A stretch of 42,682 bases of DNA from a virus (lineage: Duplodnaviria; Heunggongvirae; Uroviricota; Caudoviricetes): IMG/VR virus record IMGVR_UViG_2703718834_000012. One strand, written 5' to 3'. The notes under the pieces are model-generated. The model was not told the origin of the DNA. It saw only the letters and a program-made list of their open reading frames with translations, and ran no database searches. Below are positions 17,097 through 26,061 of the stretch, in pieces; within the stretch, counting starts at the first letter, position 1; every line of letters begins with the position of its first letter. Made by a program: the position numbers and the translations under genes.

Positions 17097-18730
17097 TTTT
17101 CCTCCGGATCGGTAATGGTCTGGCTCGCAAACTGGTCAGCCTGTGCCCAGCTCGGAAGCGGTAATCCGCGTTTAAGACATGACTCAATTTCTCTCTGGCG
17201 CTGATCAAGCACTTCTTCCCAGTCTTCACCGACGTTTTCACCCACCTCAATCTCGAGGGTGGAAAGTCCGGCATCCAGACCAAGAATGGCGCCTTTTTTC
17301 TCTGCAACCGGATCCACCCAGCCGCGCCCTGGCCCCATCCAGCGCGCGCGAGAATACGCGGCTCTGGCGTCAACAAAATCAGGTGCGCCTGCGGGCAGGG
17401 GTAAATCCTCATTGTCGTGAACTTCTTCAACAAAGGCGGTGAGAATGGGCTGAGCGAAGCCGGTAGAAAAATCGTCCCGGCGGCGAGTCAGTGTTTTCCA
17501 TGCCTCCAGCAACGAGGAGCGTGCAGAACTGTAGTTAACGTCAGACCAGTCCTGGGTGACCTGCTGTGGGGACAACCCTGTTCCTGAAGAAAAATTACGG
17601 AGAACAGCAGATTCGAAGACTTCAAAATTGCTGTAGGGCCGCGCCGCGTTAACCGTCGTGATTTTCTCACCAGGATAAAGAATGGGCATTCGGGCACCAT
17701 TCTGAAGTGTCAGACGCCGATCGTTATGGAACTCAACACGCCCGTCCTGATAAGTGCCTAACTCCGACTCGTCATAGGTCTCGCCCAGGGCAGACTGAAC
17801 CATCGCAGGGTCATAGGGTGACTCAATGTAAGCGGCGAATATGGCATTAAGAATTGCTGCCTCAAGCTCACTCTGGTCATACTTCACCAGCATTTTCAGA
17901 CGCTGAATAACCGGAGTCAGGATGCCGTTACCGCGGTGCTGCGCGCCACGCTCATGATCAAAATCGTGAACCACATGCGGGCGGCCCCAGTCAGTTTCAC
18001 GCGGGATACGCTGCCACGTCATGGTTTTAGCCCCGCTCCACCAGTCACCGATATGGGCCTCCCTGATGTGGTAAGCAACCGGCGCACCGTCCGCATCAAT
18101 TTCAACGCCACCACGGACATTTGGCATATCGAAATTCTGCTGAGGATTACTGAGGCGGTCAGGATCGACAATCTGTACCGTGGTGGCGTAACGCCCTCTT
18201 CCGGGACCAAGCCTGTCAGTTCTGTACTGGAGAATGGCCAGAGCATCCCCGTCAATAAGCTTGTGACGAAATCCCAGGCGCAACATCTGCGACACGGTGA
18301 GTTTTCGTTCAACATCACAATACCGGCCAGGATCGTTACTCCAGGTCCGCCAGTGCCCGTCCAGTGCTTTTCCGTACTCTTCCGCCCAGGACGCATCAAA
18401 CGCCTTGTTTCCGGTGATCATTCTGAGAACACGGTAATCGGGTTTCATGATGGGGCGGAAGTTGGCACCAACCGCATTATCCAGCAGACGTGTGACCGCA
18501 CCGTTTGCCCAGCCGTCATTACGGACCAGATCGCGTGCGCGGGACACGATGCGATCCCGGTAAATGTTAATTTCATTGTCCGGGGACCACAGCGCGGGTT
18601 GCCAGTTCGCCAGTTGATCGCTGAAAGAGTCAGCTGCGTCATAAGGTACGCGGCTACCCCCCACCAGCATAGAGGGACGCTGCTGTCGCAACGGCTGCCC
18701 ATCAGAGCCCAGTATCTGTACTTTATTCAT
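17093..18730 (-). CDS. Portal protein (lambda B family)
   Basis: 545 aa between head-tail connector W-like gene and protease. Confidence 0.85.
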   Translation of the reverse strand: MNKVQILGSDGQPLRQQRPSMLVGGSRVPYDAADSFSDQLANWQPALWSPDNEINIYRDRIVSRARDLVRNDGWANGAVTRLLDNAVGANFRPIMKPDYRVLRMITGNKAFDASWAEEYGKALDGHWRTWSNDPGRYCDVERKLTVSQMLRLGFRHKLIDGDALAILQYRTDRLGPGRGRYATTVQIVDPDRLSNPQQNFDMPNVRGGVEIDADGAPVAYHIREAHIGDWWSGAKTMTWQRIPRETDWGRPHVVHDFDHERGAQHRGNGILTPVIQRLKMLVKYDQSELEAAILNAIFAAYIESPYDPAMVQSALGETYDESELGTYQDGRVEFHNDRRLTLQNGARMPILYPGEKITTVNAARPYSNFEVFESAVLRNFSSGTGLSPQQVTQDWSDVNYSSARSSLLEAWKTLTRRRDDFSTGFAQPILTAFVEEVHDNEDLPLPAGAPDFVDARAAYSRARWMGPGRGWVDPVAEKKGAILGLDAGLSTLEIEVGENVGEDWEEVLDQRQREIESCLKRGLPLPSWAQADQFASQTITDPEEK

Positions 18731-18993
18731 CAGAATCTAAACCTCGCTGGTTTCCGGGGACGAGAGATAATCCCCAGTTGCGCCTGCAGAAGTTGAATCA
18801 GGGCCAGCAGATCAGCCAGGGTGCTTTGCTGATAGGACACTGATCGCGTCCCGTCTCCCTGCGTATAGGAAAACGAAACACCGTGGCTCCCGGTTGCTAA
18901 ATCAATGTACGCCTGCTGAGCTTTCGCAAGCGCATCCCTGAGCTGATCGTCAGTCATTGCGCCGGCAAGCAGGCTGGTGTTCCGGTTGAACAT
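18730..18993 (-). CDS. Head-tail connector protein (lambda gpW-like)
   Basis: 87 aa between terminase large subunit and portal. Confidence 0.6.
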   Translation of the reverse strand: MFNRNTSLLAGAMTDDQLRDALAKAQQAYIDLATGSHGVSFSYTQGDGTRSVSYQQSTLADLLALIQLLQAQLGIISRPRKPARFRF

Positions 18994-19001
18994 GATTTTC
19001 C

Positions 19002-21131
19002 TTATTTCGGCAGGAGTTGCGATATTCGCTTACGTTTGACCGGCGCTGGTTCTTCAATAACCGCACCCGGCAGCTCGTAATTGATTTTTTCTTCCTGTCC
19101 AACTGGCGCTGGCAGGAACTTATCCGGATCGGCTTCGAGGTTGGCGGCCCGGACGTTGAGTTTTAACCCCATATGTTTGAGACCGCACAGCGCGGCATAG
19201 CTGTAAACGAGGCAGTCAAGCGCTTCGTTAGCTCGTCCTGGTATTGCTTCCCAGATACTGTACCGCTGCCCGGAAATGACTTTGTAAACCAGTCGCTCCG
19301 CCAGCAGCTGATTGAAGTACCCGAGATCGCGATCGTCAGGAAAATGCATATAACCCGCAGCGGCGGCGCCAGGTTTGGGTGGCTCAAGATGCAGGCGACC
19401 GCGTATCACGTCTTTCGCTGAGTTAACCCCCAGAATGACAGGGCGGAAACTGGCTTTGCTTTTCGATGATGGTCGTTTGGTCGGCCAGACAGGATTGCGT
19501 TTGCCTCCCTGTGCAGACTCCCCCTTAATTGCCCAGACACGACGGCCAAGACGCTCTTTGGCGAATTCGTATACCTTCTGCGTATGGTGGCCGCCGGAGT
19601 CCATGCACGTTGCCATGATATTCAGGCCGCGCCCGTCACCACGTCGCCAGATCTGTTTCAGGTATGCATCCAGTCGCTTCCAGGGTTCTTCCGTCTCAAG
19701 GTCACCATAAATAACGTCATGCGCGACCGACCACGATTCTTCATCTCTCCCCCAGCCGGTGATCGTAATTTCGAAGCGATCGTCCTGGGTATCAACTCCA
19801 GCTGTTAACAATGCCACCCCGTCCGGAACGACGGCCGGAAATATTTCCCGGCGCGCCAGCAGAACATCAACAGGGAGCTGTTTCCCATGATTAGGTCGGT
19901 GCGGAAGCCCCATCTGGGTATTCCACCACGCCTGTTCCTTATCCGGATCGCCCTTCGCATCGATATATTTTTTCGCAATATCCGACGGCTTATCTTTTTG
20001 CCAGGGGCTGAAAAGCTTGGATGCCTGGTACCCCGCGTGGTGGTTATCGACTGCCTCCTTTCCACAGGAGGGGCAGATTGCGCGATAGACCGCATGCCGT
20101 TCCGACTCTGACCATTGCCAGACCTTTTCAACGCTGCCCTCGTCTGCCGCCCGCCAGGCAAGGTCATAATCCATCAGCGGTGAGTGCCGCTCCCCGCAGC
20201 ACTCAAATGGGCGCGTCTGATGCCATCGAATAGTGTGCAGAGCTCTGAGGCGCTGTCCTTCGGACCAGCCACTACCACAGCATTCGCAATAGAGCATCGC
20301 CGATTTAGTCAGGTGTTTATCTCCCTCTTTCGGCCACTGAACGTGTTTGAAAAAGTCGGGGAACTGGCGGTGGCCACAGTGCGGGCAAACCACAGATGCC
20401 CGGCGCTGATCGGAGTCGGCGTAGCTGTCAGCAATGCGGCTCTCATCCTCCACCGTCGGCGAACAGGCGCGTACAGACAGCCAGGTCAGGCCAAATGTCG
20501 CTGTACGCTCTTCGGCCAGCGCAATTGGATCGCCTTCGCGGGTTATCGGGTACTTGTCCACTTCATCCGCCAGCAGGACACGAATCGGACGACGCGCAAG
20601 GTTATCAGGGCTACCAGCACCCGCCAGCGCCAGAAATCCGCCAGTGAATGCCTTGTAAAGAATGGTTTCTTTCGAGCTTTTCTGTTTCGAATCACCGATG
20701 ATTTTACGCAGTACCGGCGTCACCCTTACCAGCGGGCTAATACGCTCTTTCGAAAACTGTTCAGCGGCTTCTTCTTTCGGCTGCAGCAGCAGTATCGGAC
20801 AAGGATCGAGGTGGGCAAAATAGCCAAAAAGGTTTTCCAGCAGTGCTGTCTTCATCAACTGGGTACAGCACATTACAGTGATGATATGAACCCCGGACTC
20901 CGTCGCGGCAAGCATCGGTCCGCGGGCAATTTCTACCGTCGATGTTTCCCAGTTTCCCGAAGTGCTCCCAGCCTCTTTTGCCAGCTTACGATAGTCATCT
21001 GCCCACTGCGGCACACTGATACGCGGCGGGGGTGTCCAGCCTTTGCGGACGCTTAATTCAAGACGCTCAATCTTCTGCCGGGTTAAACTCTGGCTCTCCG
21101 AGGACTGAGATGTGTTTGTGGACATGTTCAA
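19002..21131 (-). CDS. Terminase large subunit (lambda gpA family)
   Basis: 709 aa; GWGRDEESW and NEALDCLVYSYAAL segments match lambda A; overlaps small subunit 3' end. Confidence 0.9.
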   Translation of the reverse strand: MNMSTNTSQSSESQSLTRQKIERLELSVRKGWTPPPRISVPQWADDYRKLAKEAGSTSGNWETSTVEIARGPMLAATESGVHIITVMCCTQLMKTALLENLFGYFAHLDPCPILLLQPKEEAAEQFSKERISPLVRVTPVLRKIIGDSKQKSSKETILYKAFTGGFLALAGAGSPDNLARRPIRVLLADEVDKYPITREGDPIALAEERTATFGLTWLSVRACSPTVEDESRIADSYADSDQRRASVVCPHCGHRQFPDFFKHVQWPKEGDKHLTKSAMLYCECCGSGWSEGQRLRALHTIRWHQTRPFECCGERHSPLMDYDLAWRAADEGSVEKVWQWSESERHAVYRAICPSCGKEAVDNHHAGYQASKLFSPWQKDKPSDIAKKYIDAKGDPDKEQAWWNTQMGLPHRPNHGKQLPVDVLLARREIFPAVVPDGVALLTAGVDTQDDRFEITITGWGRDEESWSVAHDVIYGDLETEEPWKRLDAYLKQIWRRGDGRGLNIMATCMDSGGHHTQKVYEFAKERLGRRVWAIKGESAQGGKRNPVWPTKRPSSKSKASFRPVILGVNSAKDVIRGRLHLEPPKPGAAAAGYMHFPDDRDLGYFNQLLAERLVYKVISGQRYSIWEAIPGRANEALDCLVYSYAALCGLKHMGLKLNVRAANLEADPDKFLPAPVGQEEKINYELPGAVIEEPAPVKRKRISQLLPK

Positions 21132-21636
21132 TCAGCACCTCTGTCATCCTGTCCGCCGGTACATCCAGATCAGCAGCCATTAGCGGCGCCACCCTGGACG
21201 GCCAGTTAAGCCAGGCATCACGCTGTTGGCGAAAGGCGTTGAATAAAACCTCCTCGGCTGCTGTCAGCTCAATAAGCTGGCCGCTGTCTTTTTCATACTG
21301 CAGCTTTGCCTGCAGGGCCATGTAATTCTCGCGGATACGTCCCGCTTCCTCTCTCGAAAGATCTGCCCCTTCAGTGAGCATTATCTGGCGGACAGTTTTA
21401 TTGATTTCATCACCGTCATCATCGTTATCGCTAACGACGGGAGTTTTCTTTTTCTTCGCGTTCGAGGCGCGCGGGTCTTTGCCATCGCGGTTTTTCTTCA
21501 ATGCCGCATCGCTGGCCTCTACGTCAATCAGGTCTCCGTCCATCACAATGAAGCGCCCGGCTTTAATCCACCGGCCAATTGTTTTGCGATCCACACCTGA
21601 ATGTTGTGCGTACTGACTCTGGTTCATCGTGGTCAT
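21067..21636 (-). CDS. Terminase small subunit (lambda Nu1-like)
   Basis: 189 aa; N-terminal HTH resembling Nu1; adjacent to cos-like repeat array. Confidence 0.8.
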   Translation of the reverse strand: MTTMNQSQYAQHSGVDRKTIGRWIKAGRFIVMDGDLIDVEASDAALKKNRDGKDPRASNAKKKKTPVVSDNDDDGDEINKTVRQIMLTEGADLSREEAGRIRENYMALQAKLQYEKDSGQLIELTAAEEVLFNAFRQQRDAWLNWPSRVAPLMAADLDVPADRMTEVLIEHVHKHISVLGEPEFNPAED

Positions 21637-21784
21637 GGGACATCACCTGGGACATTTTCTGGGGTGGGACATTCGCCTGGGACATTTTTGCCATGTCCCA
21701 CCAGAATGTCCCACTGGAATAAACTGGAATAGCCAGAGCTGGCGAGGTGTCCGTAATGATCGCCAGAGGTGGGACATGGGACAC
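21637..21784. repeat. cosB-like array of GGGACA(T) heptamers (putative terminase-binding sites)
   Basis: At least 8 copies: direct at 21637, 21649, 21666, 21679, 21771, 21778; inverted ATGTCCC at 21693 and 21706; directly upstream of the small-subunit start. Confidence 0.55.
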
Positions 21785-21874
21785 AAATCTGAAAGTTGTA
21801 GCTAGGAAAACACCGCGGCGCGCAATGCCCGTGCCTTACAAAAGGCTCAGGAAGGACCCAAAACCCCTGGGGGG

Positions 21875-22516
21875 CTATCTGGCCGAGCTGATCGCCTCAG
21901 CAATCGCCTGGTGCAGCGCTGAGGGTAACAATGCGTTGACCATGGTGTTTGCCCTGTCCATATAGCCGAGCGTTGGTTTGACTGGAAGCGCGTCTCCAAA
22001 CCGAATGAGCAATTTTGGTGCAGGTTGCTTAATCTTGTCTCTGCGCGTGCCGTTCGGAGAACGTTTTGCCCGTTTCTTCCCTTTTTTGATTTTCGGCTTT
22101 TTTCTCTGCCACACGGCATTCACGCCACCAACGTCACCAATAAATACGTTTGGCTTTGCTTTGAGCTGAGAGAGCTTATTACGCGGCAGGTTGCCGTATT
22201 TATTAAGCTTTATGTCTTTCGGATTAAGCAAAGCACTACCATTAAGCTTGTGCTCTCCGCCGAACTCGAAGGGTTCAAGGTAGCCAGCAGCAGTATCACG
22301 AACAAACACCTTCGCACGAAGGCTGTTTTTCCTGGCACCAACTGACCCTACCGATTTAACTGTAAAAGGTGTTGGATTATCCAGATTCCGCTCAAATGCT
22401 GTTTTTTGGGCCGCTTCTATCTGGCGAACCACTTTAGTCATAGCCTGGGCAGTCGCAAACGGTATTTGCTTCTGCAGCTGTCTTAACTGACTGGAAAGGT
22501 CCTTAAGCGTTGCCAT
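21875..22516 (-). CDS. Hypothetical lysine-rich late protein
   Basis: 213 aa, AGGAGG RBS; KKPKIKKGKKRAKR basic tract; between lysis genes and cos. Confidence 0.5.
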   Translation of the reverse strand: MATLKDLSSQLRQLQKQIPFATAQAMTKVVRQIEAAQKTAFERNLDNPTPFTVKSVGSVGARKNSLRAKVFVRDTAAGYLEPFEFGGEHKLNGSALLNPKDIKLNKYGNLPRNKLSQLKAKPNVFIGDVGGVNAVWQRKKPKIKKGKKRAKRSPNGTRRDKIKQPAPKLLIRFGDALPVKPTLGYMDRANTMVNALLPSALHQAIAEAISSAR

Positions 22517-22572
22517 ATCATTGACCTCCTAGTTACAGTAATTAAGATCAGTTTGCTCATAAAGTTGACAAT

Positions 22573-22599
22573 AAAAAACCGCCCGTAGGCGGTTAGTCG
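22573..22599 (-). terminator. Rho-independent terminator
   Basis: Stem ACCGCC/GGCGGT with T-run on the minus strand, at the end of CDS 22593..22997. Confidence 0.55.
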
Positions 22600-22997
22600 A
22601 ACATTTTATCAAGTTGCTTAGCAAGAGCTCGGTTAAACAGCTCCTTCGAAACTGTCATCAGCGTGCCCATACTGGCATCTTTGAATCCGGTTTTTAATGT
22701 TGCCCAAACCTCTTTGTTACGGAGAGCATCCAAGAAGTCATGCCCCATCGCGGTCAATCGCAAGGGCATTACAGCCCAGTGAGTCATTCCGTCTAAAGAC
22801 TGAATAGCACCAAAGCCGGGCTCCCCATCACTCCTGATAATCAGCCCTCTATCCTCAAGCAAACGCATATGAAACACAAATGTGTCAGTTTCACAATTGA
22901 ACCCTAAATCATTTAATCGAATAATATCGGTATCAGGTGAATCCGATGCCTCGAAAGCCTCGAGCAAACCTTTAAGGTATTCTTGATCTATTTGCAT
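22593..22997 (-). CDS. Hypothetical late protein
   Basis: 134 aa ORF downstream of Rz; no recognisable motif. Confidence 0.5.
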   Translation of the reverse strand: MQIDQEYLKGLLEAFEASDSPDTDIIRLNDLGFNCETDTFVFHMRLLEDRGLIIRSDGEPGFGAIQSLDGMTHWAVMPLRLTAMGHDFLDALRNKEVWATLKTGFKDASMGTLMTVSKELFNRALAKQLDKMFD

Positions 22998-23029
22998 AAC
23001 CCCTCCGTATGTAAAAGGTTAATTTAACA

Positions 23030-23509
23030 TCAATTTAAGCACTGCTCTTTGATGTATTCCTGCAAATATCCAACCTGTTTCGTCACTGTGACGATTCGCT
23101 CTCTGAGGGTGAAATAATCCCGTTCAGCGGAGTCAGTAAGTCGGGGGCCGGTAACATCGCCCAGGCCGCCGGTGCTGGTCGCTCCGTTCGCGGGACATCT
23201 GGCGTTGACGTGCAGCCCACACTTGCCAGTGCGAACACAACGCTGCAAATCATCAAGCTGCTTTTTAGCATCAGCTAAGTCCTTCGTGTATTTGGCATCC
23301 AGCACCGCTGCATCACGCTGGCGGATCTGCATGTCTTTGATGGTGGCGTTCGCCTGGTTAAGATTCTTAATGGCTTTATCGCGCTGGTCTTTGTAGGTGA
23401 TGGCGTTGCCGCGGTAGTGGTTAATAGCCCAAGCCATGGAAACCATCAGGCATATAACGACAGCACAGATAATTGCTGTTAATCGGCTCACTAATCTAAC
23501 CCCCAACAC
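23030..23509 (-). CDS. Spanin, inner-membrane subunit (Rz-like)
   Basis: 159 aa, N-terminal TM helix then coiled-coil-like region; Rz1-like ORF embedded in +1 frame. Confidence 0.75.
   Translation of the reverse strand: MLGVRLVSRLTAIICAVVICLMVSMAWAINHYRGNAITYKDQRDKAIKNLNQANATIKDMQIRQRDAAVLDAKYTKDLADAKKQLDDLQRCVRTGKCGLHVNARCPANGATSTGGLGDVTGPRLTDSAERDYFTLRERIVTVTKQVGYLQEYIKEQCLN
23083..23271 (-). CDS. Spanin, outer-membrane lipoprotein subunit (Rz1-like)
   Basis: 62 aa wholly embedded in Rz; lipobox LASVGC; proline-rich mature part. Confidence 0.7.
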   Translation of the reverse strand: MLKSSLMICSVVFALASVGCTSTPDVPRTERPAPAAWAMLPAPDLLTPLNGIISPSESESSQ

Positions 23510-24027
23510 GCCAGCGCGCTTTCCTGGTCCCGTCTCTCAACCTGACCATAGCAGCCATTCTTCTGGCCTTTGGTTAGTCGGCAATCGCGGCCACCGTCTT
23601 TGATCCACCAGCGGATTGCTTCACATGCCCCTTTACGATCACCGGCGTTGATGCGTTTATAAAAGGTAGAAGGGAAGCATTTACCAGGACCAATGTTGTA
23701 CGGGCAGAATGAGGCAATCCCCGCTTTCTGCGGTTCGGTCAGTGGTACCTGGATATTGCGGTCGACCCAAGCCAGCGCCTTGTTCAGCTCGCTGGCGTTC
23801 ACCTGATTACATTTCTCTGGCGATAGCCTCATACCTGGGGTAACAGGCTTGCCGTCAACCGTGGTAGCTCCCCGGCAAATCGTCCAGATACCGCTGCCAT
23901 CTTTGTACGCTGTAAGGCTGTTTCCCTCTTTCTCATTCAGAAACTGATCGAGAATGACGGATGCTGGCGCACCAGCAAGTACCAACCCCAGAACAGCAGC
24001 ACTTAATTTTGCTCTGGATCCCATCAC
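23491..24027 (-). CDS. SAR endolysin (T4 lysozyme-like muramidase)
   Basis: 178 aa; Gly/Ala-rich signal-arrest-release N-terminus followed by E..D..T catalytic region, as in phage 21 R. Confidence 0.85.
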   Translation of the reverse strand: MMGSRAKLSAAVLGLVLAGAPASVILDQFLNEKEGNSLTAYKDGSGIWTICRGATTVDGKPVTPGMRLSPEKCNQVNASELNKALAWVDRNIQVPLTEPQKAGIASFCPYNIGPGKCFPSTFYKRINAGDRKGACEAIRWWIKDGGRDCRLTKGQKNGCYGQVERRDQESALACWGLD

Positions 24028-24326
24028 TCACCTTCCTTTTGTAATGCCTCAACGACCACGCTTGCAGCCGCAGGACGTTCGTGAAGGGGTTTATCACCAA
24101 CGCCTTTCAGGTAGTCATTAACCATTTTTGTTCGCTTCTCGTCCTCTCTACGCCTGCGGTGGGCATCCACGCGACCATTGACATAGGAGGCAAACGAGAT
24201 AAGCAGACCAGCGGCGCCAAAGAACATGAACACCATATCCTGAGTGGTAAAACCAATGGCTGACGCCAGAGCTGCTACCCACGCGAAGAACTGCGTGAAA
24301 ATGTTCCCTGAATCATTCATTTTCAT
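24024..24326 (-). CDS. Holin (probable pinholin, dual-start MKM)
   Basis: 100 aa, two TM helices, charged C-terminus; directly upstream of SAR endolysin. Confidence 0.7.
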   Translation of the reverse strand: MKMNDSGNIFTQFFAWVAALASAIGFTTQDMVFMFFGAAGLLISFASYVNGRVDAHRRRREDEKRTKMVNDYLKGVGDKPLHERPAAASVVVEALQKEGE

Positions 24327-24394
24327 GGTCTCTCACCTCGCTGTGTGCGGGTGTTATTGAGGTAATAAAAAAGGCCGCTTGAGCGACCTCACGT

Positions 24395-25447
24395 TTATTC
24401 CCCTGTTAACGCCCTTATTTCCTCCACCGTCTGGCTAAACCTGTCCTCCTCGAGTTCAACGCCGATAGCCTGGCGGCCAAGTTCCAGCGCGATTTTCACG
24501 GTCGAACCGGACCCCATAAAGAAATCAGCCACCACATCACCAGGCTTACTGCTGGCGTTGATGATCTGCCGCAACATGTCAGCGGGTTTTTCGCATGGGT
24601 GTTTACCTGGGTAAAACTGAACGGGTTTATGTGTCCAGACGTCGGTATAAGGAACGGATACGGAAACAGAGAAATGCCGCCGAAGCGATTTGTACTCTTC
24701 GAGCAGCTCTGAATACTTGCGATTTAACGAATGCCACATAGCCACCAGCTGGTGGTGTGGTGTTGCCAGTTCGCCGTTCTGGTGCTTTTCGATGGCTACC
24801 TGCGTGAAAAGGGACTGAAGATTCCGGTAGTCTAATTCATTCGGTAATTGCCACTGGCTACCGCTGAACCAGTGAGACACCATGTTCTTCTTTCCAGTCG
24901 CATCGGCTATTTGTTTTGAGGTTATGCCAAGCGCTTCACGTGCATCCCGGAAATAAGAAATTAGGGGAGTCATTACATGCTGCTTCAGCTCGCTTCCCTT
25001 CTCCGCGTAACCGTCGCTCTTTGGTTTATACGGCCCCTGGTAATGCTCAGCGAAGAGGATGCGCTCTGTTGCAGGGAAGTAAGAGCGCAGACTCTCTTTA
25101 TTACAGCCATTCCAGCGGCCCGACGGTTTAGCCCAGATGATGTGGTTCAGGACGTTGAACCGCTCACGCATCATGATCTCAATGTCTGCCGCCAGGCGGT
25201 GACCGGAGAAAAGATAAAGACTGCCAGCAGGTTTAAGCACTCGCCAGAATTGTGCGAGGCACATATCAAGCCAGCGAAGATAATCCTCATCCCCTTTCCA
25301 CTGATTGTCCCAGCCGTTGGGTTTCACTTTGAAGTACGGCGGATCCGTGACTATCAGGTCAATGGAGTTATCAGGGAGAGTGGCGATGTATTGCAGGCTA
25401 TCAGCGTTGACTAACTCGACACTGTTTATATTTACAGTATTTTTCAT
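24395..25447 (-). CDS. DNA methyltransferase, beta-class amino-MTase (N6-adenine or N4-cytosine)
   Basis: 350 aa; N-terminal catalytic DPPY motif (IVTDPPYF) and C-terminal SAM-binding FxGxG (DFFMGSGST). Confidence 0.85.
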   Translation of the reverse strand: MKNTVNINSVELVNADSLQYIATLPDNSIDLIVTDPPYFKVKPNGWDNQWKGDEDYLRWLDMCLAQFWRVLKPAGSLYLFSGHRLAADIEIMMRERFNVLNHIIWAKPSGRWNGCNKESLRSYFPATERILFAEHYQGPYKPKSDGYAEKGSELKQHVMTPLISYFRDAREALGITSKQIADATGKKNMVSHWFSGSQWQLPNELDYRNLQSLFTQVAIEKHQNGELATPHHQLVAMWHSLNRKYSELLEEYKSLRRHFSVSVSVPYTDVWTHKPVQFYPGKHPCEKPADMLRQIINASSKPGDVVADFFMGSGSTVKIALELGRQAIGVELEEDRFSQTVEEIRALTGE

Positions 25448-25616
25448 AGATCAATAAGCGTAACTCTGATAGGCTCTCTTTGCTTTTGCGCTAAAGCAAT
25501 GGGCCTTGGTTAGCTTGTGACCTGAAAGCATGAGCTGATGGCTGGTGGGTGCTCCAACATCCACCAGCCGCCCATTTTCACAGCAAAATACCTCCGAAAT
25601 GGAGGTGCGAAGGCAT

Positions 25617-25645
25617 AAAAAAACCCCGCTTAAGCGAGGTTATTT
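25617..25645 (-). terminator. Rho-independent terminator after accessory cassette
   Basis: Hairpin CCCCGC-TTAA-GCGAGG followed by a T7 run on the minus strand, 12 nt after the cassette stop. Confidence 0.55.
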
Positions 25646-25656
25646 CGAATAGATAA

Positions 25657-26061
25657 TCAAGCAGCAGGTTCGGATGGATAAACCTGCTCATACATCTGCT
25701 GAAGGGTGTCAATAGCTTTGTTAGCCATTATCAATATAGCTTCCGCATCAGCCTTACTTAAAGTTCTATCAAGCTCGTAATCTGCCCATTTACGTCGGGT
25801 ATGCAAATGTCTCAGCATTGTTCCCATAGAAATGAGTTTCATTTTTTCAAACGGCTCATTTCCTTTTAACCATGCATCATTTGTAAGATAGTCGCGAACA
25901 GCTTGGTGTGACGACTTGTTTGGGCATTTCTCAAGCTTATCAAGCGTTTCATGATAAACTCCATAATACGCTCGACCAATGGCGTTTCTGTAACCGATTT
26001 CATCGTTGTGAGAAATGCATTTACCAGCAAAAACAATAAAATCTTTCCCCGATACGCTCAT
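25657..26061 (-). CDS. Hypothetical protein, accessory cassette gene 2 (possible HEPN-like fold)
   Basis: 134 aa; ATG overlaps upstream stop (TGATG); RAYYGVYHE and RRKWADYE segments reminiscent of HEPN proteins; AT-rich. Confidence 0.55.
   Translation of the reverse strand: MSVSGKDFIVFAGKCISHNDEIGYRNAIGRAYYGVYHETLDKLEKCPNKSSHQAVRDYLTNDAWLKGNEPFEKMKLISMGTMLRHLHTRRKWADYELDRTLSKADAEAILIMANKAIDTLQQMYEQVYPSEPAA

Noticed and set aside
17936-18796. 286-aa + strand ORF
   Set aside because: Antisense to the portal gene; no RBS, no homology.
20184-21056. 290-aa + strand ORF
   Set aside because: Antisense to the terminase large-subunit gene.
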